The notes: generated from the letters alone by a model not told the origin. A DNA stretch of 64,000 nucleotides from Vulcanimicrobiota bacterium (GCA_963812155.1 CAWETW010000003.1:1152001-1216000); one strand, 5' to 3'. Numbered from the stretch's first letter, positions 10,293 to 19,988 are shown. Translations and numbers: made by a program.

Positions 10293-13200
10293 TTAGACGG
10301 CGGGAGCCTGCTGCAGGCGATCGGCTTCGGGGAGCAACGCGTTGACCGCTTGAAGCGGATCGTACGACGAGACGGCAGCGAGCGATTCCTCGCTCGCGTC
10401 GCGGCGGGCGGCGCGGAGCGCGTCGATGGCGTCGGGAAGCGCAAACTGCTCGCCGACGACGGTGGCAATGAAGCGTCCGCCGCGGATTTCGCCGCGCGCC
10501 TCCATGCGGCGCAGCGCCATCAGGAGGTCGCGCCATCGGGGCGCCAGCGCCTCGCGCGCAATAACGTCGCGGTAGACGACGCCCCACCGACTGAGCAGCC
10601 GGCGTGCGAAAAGATCGGGATCGATGCGCTGCGTCGCCGGCTGCAGTCGCGTCCAGCGTCCGCTCGAAGAACGCGGGCGTGCGCGCAGCCCTTTCTCGCC
10701 TAAGCGCCGTTTCGCGTCGATGAGCGAGCGGAGCGCGTCGAAGCCGTCGGCGGTGACGAGCCCGGCGGCGACGAGTTGCCACAACGCTTCCTCGACTTCG
10801 GCCGGAATGCGTTTGACGGCACGCGCGATTTCGGAGAAGAAGGGCGCGCGACGATCGTCGATCGCCGCCAGCACGTCGCGCGCGGCTTGCGAGAGCCCCT
10901 CGTATTCGTAGTCGTCGACACGCGCGACGAGTTCTTCGGCCGAAGCGCGCGCGAAGAGGCTGACGGGCGCGAGTTTCGTCGGGCGGACGCGGCGCTTGCG
11001 TTCGCGATCGTTCGGCGTGAGTGCCGGATGCGGCGAGAGGCGTCCCCACATGACGTCGCCGGAGTAGCACAGGCGGTCGAGGTATTCGGGTTTGTAGCCG
11101 GCGACGCGGCGCGGGAGGATTTGCGTCTCCCACGCGGCCGCCGGTATTTCGTAGCCTTCGAGTTGGCGAATTGCTTGCAGCGTGCCGTCGATGCCGTGCA
11201 GCCGCGTGTTGGGTGCGACGTGTTGCCAGCGATAGAGGAAACGCGCGTATGCGGCGCTCGTTACGGGTTCGATTTCGCGCCGGAGCTGGCCGATCGTCAA
11301 GCGATGAATGCGTGCGAGGACGCGCCGGTTGCACCATTCCTCGGCGTGGTTGCCGCGGAATCGGCCGCGCAGCACTTGGCCTTCGGTTTCGAGGCGCAGC
11401 ATCGCGGTTGAGATCGCATCGGGTTCGAGCGACAGGCGCTCGGCGAGTTCGGCGATCGTCGTCGGGCCGCTGCACTCGAGCCACCCGCGCACGATTTCGA
11501 GGATCGCACCGTCGCGGTCGTCCGGTAAGGGCATGCCGGCAACGGCAGCGATTTGCGGTTGCAGGGTCGCGTCGGGGTACGCGAGGCGGGCGAGTGCGAG
11601 TCGCTCTGCACAGACCCACAACGCCGTGGTCCCTGCGTTCAGCGTTGCGGCACGGCGTTGCGCGACGAGTTCGTCGAAGTAATGCTTCCATTCGTCCTTC
11701 GACTGCGCCGCGAGCCTGTGCTGAGCGGAGCGCAGCGTAGTCGAAGTGCGGCTTCGCTCAGGATGACACAGTTGTTCGCGGCTTCGCTCAGGATGACATA
11801 CGATTAGGGTGGCGAGGGCGTCGTGTAGTTCGTCGGCGTCGCGCACGACCGGCCACGATTCTTGCGTGACTTCCTCGATCGCGGCGGGATCGAGAATGCC
11901 GGCGCCGGCGACGTCGTCGCGCGTCGTGCGCCGCAACTGCACTGCGCGGGCGCGGCGCTCTTCGAGCGGGGCATCGTCGAGGTAGGCGAACGGATTGGCG
12001 TTGAGGATCTCGTGGCAAAAGACCGACGGCTCCGCAGTATCGATTGCTACGGTTCGGATCGCGCCCGATTCGACGTCGCGAAGGATGCGTTGCAAGCCAT
12101 CGAGATCCATCGCTTCGTGCAAACAGTTGGCGATCGTTTCGCGGACGAGCACGTGATCGGGGATGCGAATCGGTCCGGTGAGATTCTCGGGGCAGGCGGC
12201 TTGGTCGGGAAAGACGGCCGCAAGCAAATCGTTTGCGCGCATACGCAGCAGTTGCGGCGGCACCTTGCGGCCGCTGCGCATGCGGGCGATGGCGAGCGCG
12301 CGGGTGGCGTTCCAACGCCAGCGTGCTTCGAACATCGGCGCGGGCAGCAACGCCTGTGTGAGGACCTGCTCGACGCTGGCCGCCTTAAGATACTCGAAGA
12401 CGGCGTCGAGCGGAAAAGCGTGTTGCTCGGCGAGCGAAATGACGATGCCGTTGTCGGTCGCCGCGGCCTGAAGTTCGAAGTTGAAACCGACACAGAAGCG
12501 TTTGCGCAGCGCTAATCCCCACGCACGATTGATGCGCGCGCCGAACGGCGCGTGCAGAATGAGTTGCATGCCGCCGCCTTCGTCGAAGAAGCGTTCGGCG
12601 ACGATCGTACGATCGGTCGGAACGACGCCCAGCCCGGCTTTGCCGGCGCGTACGTAGGCGACGGACTGCTCCGCGGCGATGCGATCCAGACCACAGTGTT
12701 CGACGAGTAACGCGTGGGCTTGCTCGTCGTCGCGTTCGTCGATGTCCTTTCGCAGGCGCGCGACCTCATGCGAGAGTTCGACCGTGCGTCCGAGCCCCTC
12801 GCCGTTCCAAAACGGGATTGTCGGCGGCGATCCGTGCGCGTCTTCGACGCGGACGACGCCGTTTTCCACGCGCCGAATGCGCCACGAGTTCGTTCCCAGT
12901 AGGAAGATGTCACCGGCCATGCTCTCGACGGCAAAATCTTCGTCGAGCGTTCCGACGACGTGCCCGTCGGGTTCCGCGACGACGGCATAGTTGGCGGTGT
13001 CGGGAATCGCGCCGCCGCAGGTCATCGCGGTGATGCGCGCGCCGCGCCGCGCCCGCAGGATGCCATTGACGCGGTCGTAGTGAAGAAACGTGCCGCTGCG
13101 CCCGCGCGAGGTGGCGACGCCATCGGCGAGCAGCGCGACGACGGAGTCGAAATCATTGCGCGGGAGATTTCGGTAGGGGTAGGTCGAGCGTGCTAAGTCG

Positions 13201-14480
13201 TAGAGCGCGTCGGCCTTCCACTCGTGGGCGGCGCACGCGGCGACGATTTGCTGCGCGAGAATGTCGAGCGGGGCGTCGGGCACGTCGAGGGCGTCGATCT
13301 CGCCGCCGCGCAGAGCGCGCACGAGCGCCGCGCATTCCAGTAACTCGTCGCGGGTCGTGGCGAAGATGGTGCCGCGCGGCAGCGCGCCGATCCAGTGGCC
13401 CGAGCGGCCGATGCGCTGCAGCGCCGTCGAGATCGAGCGCGGTGTGCCCAACTGCACGACGAGATCGATCGTGCCGATGTCGATGCCGAGTTCGAGCGAT
13501 GCGGTGGCGACGACCGCGCGCAACGTGCCGTTCTTGAGGAGGTTTTCGGCGTCGAACCGCATTTCGCGGGCTAAGCTGCCGTGATGCGGCATGACGACGC
13601 CTTCGCCGAGGCGCTTTTCGAGCGCGAACGCGACGCGCTCGCTCATGCGGCGCGTGGGCACGAAGACGAGCGTCGTGCGGTTGGCGAGAATCTTCTCGGC
13701 GAGGCGATCGTAGATTTCCGCCCACATCTCGCCGCTGGCGACCGCGCCGAGCTCCTCGGTGGGGATTTCAACGGAAAGCGCCATTTCGCGACGGCTGCCG
13801 ACGTCGGCGATGGTGACGTTCGGGCCGAGGAATTCCGCGATGCGGTCGAGCGGACGAACGGTTGCGGAGAGGCCGATGCGCTGCGGTTTCGGCTTGCCGC
13901 CGGCCGTGACGAGCGCGTCCAGGCGAGCGAGCGTCAAGAGTAGATGCGCGCCGCGTTTGCTGTTGGCGACGGCGTGAATTTCGTCGACGATGACGGTCGT
14001 GACGTTGCCGAAGAGCGCGCGCGATTTTTCGGCGGTGAGGAGAATGTAGAGCGATTCCGGCGTCGTGACGAGCACGTGCGGAGGTTTGCGCAGCATGCGC
14101 GCGCGTTCGGATTGCGTCGTGTCGCCGGTTCGCACGGCCGTGCGGATTTCCCCAAGCGGCGCAAACTGCAGCGCCGCGCGTTCGACGAGTTCGCCGAGCG
14201 GCACCTCGAGATTCTTTCGAACGTCGTTGGTGAGGGCTTTCAGCGGCGAGACGTAAACAACGAGGGTTTCGTCGGGCAGTCCGTCGCCGGCGGCGCGGCG
14301 CACGAGATCGTCGAGGCAGATGGAAAACGCGGCCAGCGTCTTGCCCGATCCGGTCGGCGCGCAAATCAGGGTGTCGTTGCCCGCGCGAATCGACGGCCAT
14401 CCCCGGAGTTGCGGCTCCGTCGGCCGGCCGAAACGCTCGGCGAACCACTCGCCAAGCAGCGGGTGAAACGTTTCCAGCAC
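10293..14480 (-). CDS. lhr: Lhr-family ATP-dependent SF2 helicase (long form with C-terminal winged-helix domain)
   Basis: APTGSGKT, DEIH, LSAT, HHGSL, ATASLELGIDIG, QRIGRSGH, GTLDEDFAVES, IRGGRF. Confidence 0.95.
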   Translation of the reverse strand: MLETFHPLLGEWFAERFGRPTEPQLRGWPSIRAGNDTLICAPTGSGKTLAAFSICLDDLVRRAAGDGLPDETLVVYVSPLKALTNDVRKNLEVPLGELVERAALQFAPLGEIRTAVRTGDTTQSERARMLRKPPHVLVTTPESLYILLTAEKSRALFGNVTTVIVDEIHAVANSKRGAHLLLTLARLDALVTAGGKPKPQRIGLSATVRPLDRIAEFLGPNVTIADVGSRREMALSVEIPTEELGAVASGEMWAEIYDRLAEKILANRTTLVFVPTRRMSERVAFALEKRLGEGVVMPHHGSLAREMRFDAENLLKNGTLRAVVATASLELGIDIGTIDLVVQLGTPRSISTALQRIGRSGHWIGALPRGTIFATTRDELLECAALVRALRGGEIDALDVPDAPLDILAQQIVAACAAHEWKADALYDLARSTYPYRNLPRNDFDSVVALLADGVATSRGRSGTFLHYDRVNGILRARRGARITAMTCGGAIPDTANYAVVAEPDGHVVGTLDEDFAVESMAGDIFLLGTNSWRIRRVENGVVRVEDAHGSPPTIPFWNGEGLGRTVELSHEVARLRKDIDERDDEQAHALLVEHCGLDRIAAEQSVAYVRAGKAGLGVVPTDRTIVAERFFDEGGGMQLILHAPFGARINRAWGLALRKRFCVGFNFELQAAATDNGIVISLAEQHAFPLDAVFEYLKAASVEQVLTQALLPAPMFEARWRWNATRALAIARMRSGRKVPPQLLRMRANDLLAAVFPDQAACPENLTGPIRIPDHVLVRETIANCLHEAMDLDGLQRILRDVESGAIRTVAIDTAEPSVFCHEILNANPFAYLDDAPLEERRARAVQLRRTTRDDVAGAGILDPAAIEEVTQESWPVVRDADELHDALATLIVCHPERSREQLCHPERSRTSTTLRSAQHRLAAQSKDEWKHYFDELVAQRRAATLNAGTTALWVCAERLALARLAYPDATLQPQIAAVAGMPLPDDRDGAILEIVRGWLECSGPTTIAELAERLSLEPDAISTAMLRLETEGQVLRGRFRGNHAEEWCNRRVLARIHRLTIGQLRREIEPVTSAAYARFLYRWQHVAPNTRLHGIDGTLQAIRQLEGYEIPAAAWETQILPRRVAGYKPEYLDRLCYSGDVMWGRLSPHPALTPNDRERKRRVRPTKLAPVSLFARASAEELVARVDDYEYEGLSQAARDVLAAIDDRRAPFFSEIARAVKRIPAEVEEALWQLVAAGLVTADGFDALRSLIDAKRRLGEKGLRARPRSSSGRWTRLQPATQRIDPDLFARRLLSRWGVVYRDVIAREALAPRWRDLLMALRRMEARGEIRGGRFIATVVGEQFALPDAIDALRAARRDASEESLAAVSSYDPLQAVNALLPEADRLQQAPAV
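11691..11798. repeat. REP-like palindromic element inserted in frame in lhr
   Basis: TTCGTCCTTCGACTGCG ... GCTTCGCTCAGGATGACA x2 (11751, 11781); translates as CHPERSREQLCHPERSRTSTTLRSAQHRLAAQSKD; related copy at 56597-56673. Confidence 0.85.
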
Positions 14481-14532
14481 GGTCGTTAAGCGTAACCCTG
14501 ATTCACGCGGCGGCGTTTCAGTAATCCGTGCT

Positions 14533-15894
14533 CTAGTAGTCGTCGGGGTCGGCTTGCGAGACCGGCTCGCGCAGGAAGTCGGCGGCAGTGCGAGGGGCGG
14601 GGATGCGCGTGAAGCGGCGCGGTGGCGCACGGAAGTCGAAACAATCGGAGAGATCGTCGGCACGAAGATCGGTCGTCTCGAGGGACTCCAAGCCGAAGTT
14701 CCGTTCGAGGAACTTGAGAATGCTTCCGAACTCATGCTGCTGGTGCGAGACGTAGCCTTTCGGCGTAAACGGCGAGATCACGATGAGCGGCACGCGAAAG
14801 CCGAGCGAATAGGAATCGTAGTGTGTGGGTTTGACGTGATCGTACCAGCCGCCCCAGTCGTCCCACGTAACGAAAATTGCAGTGCTCTGCCAATACGGGC
14901 TCGTCCCGACGGCGTTGACGACGCTTGCAACCCACGACGGCCCCGTGCGTTCGGTGATTTGCGCGTGATCGGAGTTTGCGGCCGTCGGCGTGACGAACGT
15001 GACGGCGGCCAACTTCCGCGCGCGAACGTCCGAAATGAAACGCGACGGCGGATAGATGACGCTCGTCGCGTATCGTGGCCCGTTTCGAATTTGGCTGAAC
15101 GCGTCGGCTGCGTTCCAGAGGCCCGAACCTTCGTGCGCTTGATAGTATCGCCAATCGAGGTGCTTTGCGTCGAGCAGGCCGAAGATCGAGGGGCGGTCGA
15201 TGCAGGGAAACGTGTGCGCTCGTTCGCGGCCGTCGGGCGCGATGAGCGCCACGAGCGAACCCGCGGGGGAGTCGCACCCGCCAGTGGTGCCGCCTCGGGG
15301 CGTCAGCGGATTTTCGGCGATCCACAGATCGGAACCGCGCTGCGGCGACGAGGTTCCGGCGACGAGGTAGAGGTGCGCGGGAAAACTCGGACCTTCGTTG
15401 CTCTGGAACATTCGATCGGCGAACGCGTATTGTTCGGCCATTGCAAAGTACGGCCGCGTTTGCGACGGTTTTACGTAGGCGTAGGCGCGGGTGTCTTCCG
15501 GCGGGCATTTCCCGCTGCAGTTGGAGTGAACGGTGTCGAAGCCGTCCATCTTACCGCCGTCGTAAGACTTCACGAAGGCGTCGTGTCTATGCGACAGACC
15601 GTACGTTGCGCTCAAACTGACGGGGACGAACGGCACCATCTGTCCGTGCGAGTTCAGTCCGCTGCGCACCGTATCGGCACCGGGCAATCCGTTGAATAGG
15701 TTGTCGGTCGTGCGGTTTTCCTGGACGACGATGACGACGTGTTGGAAGGTTTGTGTCTGGCCGTCAAGGAGCGTGCTGCCGAAGCTCGCACTGTGAGGAA
15801 TTGGGGGCGTCTGCGACGACGAACACGCGCATACGGCGATCACAAGTGAGAGCGCGCACGTGCGCGGCACGTGACGAAACGAAGCCACGTTCAC
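14533..15894 (-). CDS. phosphoesterase (phospholipase C / AcpA family) lipoprotein; start approximate
   Basis: HVVIVVQENRTTDN, GPSFPAH, SDH, TWDDWGGWYDHV, GFRVPLIVISP. Confidence 0.9.
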   Translation of the reverse strand: MNVASFRHVPRTCALSLVIAVCACSSSQTPPIPHSASFGSTLLDGQTQTFQHVVIVVQENRTTDNLFNGLPGADTVRSGLNSHGQMVPFVPVSLSATYGLSHRHDAFVKSYDGGKMDGFDTVHSNCSGKCPPEDTRAYAYVKPSQTRPYFAMAEQYAFADRMFQSNEGPSFPAHLYLVAGTSSPQRGSDLWIAENPLTPRGGTTGGCDSPAGSLVALIAPDGRERAHTFPCIDRPSIFGLLDAKHLDWRYYQAHEGSGLWNAADAFSQIRNGPRYATSVIYPPSRFISDVRARKLAAVTFVTPTAANSDHAQITERTGPSWVASVVNAVGTSPYWQSTAIFVTWDDWGGWYDHVKPTHYDSYSLGFRVPLIVISPFTPKGYVSHQQHEFGSILKFLERNFGLESLETTDLRADDLSDCFDFRAPPRRFTRIPAPRTAADFLREPVSQADPDDY

Positions 15895-16028
15895 GAATGT
15901 CAATGTATTCCTTGCAACCGAGCGGGCGCCGGTCTCCTGCCGGCCCTGCCGTCGCTTTCGCATCCGGCCATGGCGAGCCTCCGCCGGCGGACCGGGACAA
16001 CGCCGTGCGTTTCCTCGAATAGGCTGGT

Positions 16029-17361
16029 ATGGCAATGCAATGGAAACGCGCCGCAGCGGCGCTCGTTTTTGCCGCCGCAGGGTGTGGCGGCCACATGCAG
16101 CCGGCGTCGTCGTCCTCAGACGATGCCTCGCAAGTCCTCGGACCGGCAATGCAGTTGAAGCCGAATTCGTCCCAGATCAAGTACATCGTCATGATCGTTC
16201 AAGAGAACCGGACGCCCGACAATCTCTTTCAAGGGCTCAAAGGCGCCGATATCGCGAGCAGCGGATTAAATTCGTTTGGTCAAACCGTAAAGTTGCACGA
16301 CGCGCCGTTAGAAGTCGATTACGACATGAACCACCAACACGAAGCGTTCGTCATCGAATGGCAAAACGGCAAGATGGACGGCTTCAACCTCGACGAGCAC
16401 AAGGGTCGCTGCACCGACGCGCGGACGTGCGCCTACGGATACGTCCCGAAAAACGAGACGCAGCCGTATCTCGACCTGGCATCGCAGTACGCGTTCGCCG
16501 ATCGGATGTTCTCGAGCAACCAAGGTCCGAGCTTTCCGGCGCACCAGTACATCATTTCCGGAACGTCGGCGACCGACAGCACCGGAAAGTACAAGGCGGC
16601 CGACAATCCGTACAGCCGTCACGGATCCAACGGCGGCGGGTGCGATGCGGCCAAGCACGTTTTGGTCGACACGATCGACAAACAAGGCCTGATCGGCAAT
16701 CCGGTTTTCCCGTGTTTCGAGCGTCAGACGCTCGGCGATCTGCTCGACCAAAAAGCGGTGAGTTGGCGCTACTACCAAACCGGGCTCGGAGTCGGGCTGT
16801 GGCATCCGTTCGATGCGATCAGACACATCCGGTACGGACAGGATTACCAGCAACGTCGTGAGTCCGTCGAGCCAAGTGCTCGCCGACATCGCGACCGGGC
16901 ACCTCGCGCAAGTGTCGTGGGTCTCGCCGGCAGGCAGCGACAGCGACCACTCCGGCGAACGCTCGGCCGGAGGCCCTGCTTGGGTTTCCTCGATCGTCAA
17001 TGCGCTCGGAGCGAGTAAATACTGGAACCAGTGCGCGATCTTCGTTACGTGGGACGACTGGGGTGGATGGTACGACCACGTTCCGCCGCCGATCTTCAAT
17101 AGCTACGAGCTCGGCTTCCGCGTGCCGCTGCTCGCGATTTCTCCGTACGCGAAGAGCGGTTACGTTTCGGAGACGCAATACGAATTCGGCAGCTTGCTCA
17201 AGTTTGTAGAGCAGACGTTCGGCACGGGATCGCTCAACACGACCGACGCGCGCGCGAATTCGGTCGGCGACATGTTCAATTTCAACCAGCGTCCGCGGTC
17301 GTTCGTGCGAATCGAGGCGCCCAAGCTCGTCATCGACCCCAGCGTCCCCGATTCGGACTGA
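16029..17361 (+). CDS. phosphoesterase (phospholipase C / AcpA family) lipoprotein, frameshift near 16848
   Basis: AAGC lipobox, VQENRTPDN, GPSFPAH in ORF 16029; SDH, TWDDWGGWYDHV, GFRVPLL in ORF 16813 frame. Confidence 0.9.
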
Positions 17362-17446
17362 GCAGCAAACAAGGGGCTTTCCGCAGGCTCAAGAACCCCC
17401 TCCGCTTCTCTTCTCATCATACATTAGGAGACTCGGAGGGTAATTC

Positions 17447-18628
17447 ATGAATTTCGGAAAAATCGCCGCAGCGGTCGCTGCCGGCGCGATGCTGGCTGCG
17501 TGTGGCGGCCAGAGCGCCACGCCGTATGCAGCGTCGCAGGGCAGCGGTCAGGCCGCCCCGTTTGTGGGAACCGGACGCAGCCCCGCGGAGATCAACCACT
17601 GGGTACCGCGTTATCTGGTGATGAAATCGCACGTTGACGTCGCGCAGATCAGAGCGCGCCACAACACCACGAACACGATTCCGTTCTTCACGGGATCGGT
17701 GAAATCGCCGCTCGACAACAAGACGTACAACTACGACATCGTCGGCGCGGATCCGACGAAGAGCACCGGCATTACGAAGGTCAGCGTGGTTCCGATCGTC
17801 TTGGTGGTCACGTTCTCGGACGGAACGGTGCTCGATCCGACGCAGCCCGGCTGCAACGACACGGTGTCCGTCGCCGACCGGTTCTTCAACGGACCGAATT
17901 TCAAATCGTCGCCGCTGGTTTCCAACGGCGTGAAAGTCGGTTCGCTGCAGATTACCGCGGCATTCCAGCGCGCAGAGTTCTGGAACAGTCTCAAGAGCCA
18001 TAAGTACTCGACCAGGCTGGTCCCAGCCACGGCGCCGATCATCGTCAACGTCAACGCGCCGTCGAGCGCCAAGACGGTCGGCGGCGTCTGCACCGGCAAC
18101 TCGCATCGCATCGGCGAAATCGACATCAACGCGTACGACAACATGGTGCAAAGCTTGGCCAACCAGTACGCGACGCCGACGCAAATCCCCGTGGTTCTCT
18201 CGTATAACGTGTTCGAAACCGAAGGCGGCGGCTGCTGCATCCTCGGTTACCACGACGCGTACTCGCGTTCGGGCGGCATTCAAACGTACGCCGTCGGCGC
18301 TTACAACGACGCGGGCGTCTTCGGCAGCACGCCGATCGAAGACATCCACGCGTGGACGCACGAGTTAGGCGAACTCATCAACGATCCGTTCGTCAACAAC
18401 GGCACCCCGGCATGGGGACACGTCGGCCAGGTCGGCGGCTGCCAGAATAATCTGGAAGTCGGCGATCCGTTAACCGGTACGGCCTTCACGCACAAATACA
18501 AAGGCTTCACGTACCATCCGCAGGAGCTGGTGTTCTTCGATTGGTTCTTCCGCACGCCGGCGCAAGGCACGGGCGGAAAGTTCTCGTTCGAAGGCACGTT
18601 CACGTCGTCGCAAGGAGCCTGCCACTAG
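17447..18628 (+). CDS. secreted lipoprotein with HExxE-like motif and paired cysteines
   Basis: GGAGG SD; LAAC lipobox; CCILGYH, THELGELINDP, CQNNLEVGDPL. Confidence 0.75.
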   Translation: MNFGKIAAAVAAGAMLAACGGQSATPYAASQGSGQAAPFVGTGRSPAEINHWVPRYLVMKSHVDVAQIRARHNTTNTIPFFTGSVKSPLDNKTYNYDIVGADPTKSTGITKVSVVPIVLVVTFSDGTVLDPTQPGCNDTVSVADRFFNGPNFKSSPLVSNGVKVGSLQITAAFQRAEFWNSLKSHKYSTRLVPATAPIIVNVNAPSSAKTVGGVCTGNSHRIGEIDINAYDNMVQSLANQYATPTQIPVVLSYNVFETEGGGCCILGYHDAYSRSGGIQTYAVGAYNDAGVFGSTPIEDIHAWTHELGELINDPFVNNGTPAWGHVGQVGGCQNNLEVGDPLTGTAFTHKYKGFTYHPQELVFFDWFFRTPAQGTGGKFSFEGTFTSSQGACH

Positions 18629-18739
18629 CGCGCTCGGCGCATTTCATTCCTTTCGCGTTATGGGGCTTCGCCTTCGGGCGGAGCCTCGTTTTTATCCGGC
18701 GCCCGCTTACGGCGGGAATCGTTATCGAAGATCGCACTG

Positions 18740-19392
18740 CGGACGAACGCGTGGATCGATTTCGTCGCCGGATTCGGCAGCATTCTGCTGACGTTTCTGG
18801 CGGGCGCCGAGATCGATCCGGTCGTTTTACGGCGGCAGCTGGTGCCGTCGACGTGGCGTTGGGACTCCTGTTCGCGAACTGCGACCTGTGGCTCGTGGCG
18901 TTGGTCGTCGCGATCGTCGTCGCCATGGTTGCGGTGCCGCGCTGCTTCCGTTGCTGCGCCGGCGTCATGGTTTCGCTTCCGGACGTCAAGCGGCGGCTTC
19001 AAAGCATGACGATGACGCTGCTCGCGCCTTTTTACTTTCTCAAAGCGGGAACCTACATCGAATTTGGTGCCGCGATTGCCAACGCGTGGCCGATCGCGAT
19101 TCTTTTCTTGCTTAAGGTTGCGGCGAAAATTGCCGGCGTGTTGCCGCTGGCGCGTTTCGCGTTCAAGTATCCGCGTCGAAATGCGGCGTATCTGACGCTG
19201 AAGATGGCGACCGGGCTCACCTTCGGAACGATTTCAAGCCTCTACGGCCTCACCCACCATCTCATTACGCAAGCGCAGTACACGGCGCTGGTTACGGTCG
19301 TCATTCTCACTGCCGTCGTTCCGACGGCGATCGCGCAGCTGGTGTACAAGCCGGCCGAAGAACCCGAAGAGATGGAAGCAGAAGTTCCGTAG
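18740..19392 (+). pseudogene. cation:proton antiporter (CPA2-like) remnant with internal deletions
   Basis: fragments WIDFVAGFGSILLTFLAGAEIDP (other frame), ALGLLFAN, PFYFLKAG, MATGLTFGTISSLYGL; no start and far shorter than a full antiporter. Confidence 0.75.
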
Positions 19393-19400
19393 CGATTAAG

Positions 19401-19475
19401 TGGTGGGCGGTACTGGGATTGAACCAGTGACCCCTTCCGTGTCAAGGAAGTGCTCTCCCACTGAGCTAACCGCCC
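19401..19475 (-). tRNA. tRNA-Val(GAC)
   Basis: GGGCGGTTAGCTCAG...CTTCC-TTGACAC-GGAAG...GGTTCAATCC...CCGCCCACCA. Confidence 0.97.
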
Positions 19476-19532
19476 GCTACGATTCGGGAGCGTGGCTTCG
19501 CGAGCCGCCGCGCGCGTACCTTGCCGCTGCGT

Positions 19533-19561
19533 TTGACGCCGATTGCGATGCATGTTACAGT
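19533..19561 (+). promoter_or_regulatory. sigma70 promoter with extended -10
   Basis: TTGACG (19533-38), 17 nt, TGtTACAGT (TG 19553-54, -10 at 19556-61). Confidence 0.75.
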
Positions 19562-19604
19562 ACGTGCACGGCATTTGCCGCACCCACCGCACAAAGGAGG
19601 CACG

Positions 19605-19700
19605 ATGTATAACAATCTCACGATCGCCACGCTCGTCGGGCCGTCCATTTGCGACGGCGGAGCGCTTTGTCGTGGACCTTCGAAGCCTAGGCCGGCGTAA
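19605..19700 (+). CDS. putative 31-aa leader peptide MYNNLTIATLVGPSICDGGALCRGPSKPRPA
   Basis: AAAGGAGG SD 4 nt before ATG; stop codon lies in the loop of the antiterminator hairpin. Confidence 0.7.
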   Translation: MYNNLTIATLVGPSICDGGALCRGPSKPRPA

Positions 19701-19754
19701 CGCGCGCCGGTTCCCAAAGCGTTCGAAGGCCTCCGCGATCACCGGGGGCCTTTT
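19677..19754 (+). terminator. attenuator: mutually exclusive antiterminator and intrinsic terminator
   Basis: terminator AAGGCCTCCG(19726-35)/CGGGGGCCTT(19743-52)+TT; antiterminator CCTTCGAA(19677-84)/TTCGAAGG(19722-29) overlaps its 5' arm. Confidence 0.7.
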
Positions 19755-19790
19755 AAATTCTTCTCTTCATCCGTCAAAACGAGGCATATC

Positions 19791-19988
19791 ATGGAGTACT
19801 GGTTCGAAAAAGAAAGCCGGATGCGCCGTGACGACGCCGTCGAAACCGCTCGCCGTAGCCGGATGATCCGGACTGCCGAGAGCGGCCGAAGTACGAGCGT
19901 ACGCACGCGCATCGCAAACGGCGCACAATCGCTCAGCGACGCGCTGGCCGCACTGGCGCGCGTTCTGCGAACGGACAATGCGGCGTAA
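19791..19988 (+). CDS. small Arg-rich hypothetical protein (65 aa)
   Basis: GAGG SD, ATG, helical amphipathic pattern; only gene downstream of the attenuator. Confidence 0.7.
   Translation: MEYWFEKESRMRRDDAVETARRSRMIRTAESGRSTSVRTRIANGAQSLSDALAALARVLRTDNAA

Noticed and set aside
11751..11798. Direct repeats as a possible CRISPR array
   Set aside because: Only two 18-bp units with a 12-bp gap, inside a CDS, and no cas genes; better explained as a REP-like element
18630..18740. Fluoride riboswitch upstream of the antiporter remnant
   Set aside because: No GGCGATGG...GCTGATG-type consensus visible
3995..19400. tRNA-anchored genomic island or prophage
   Set aside because: Accessory-looking genes, but no integrase, phage genes or duplicated tRNA 3' end were found
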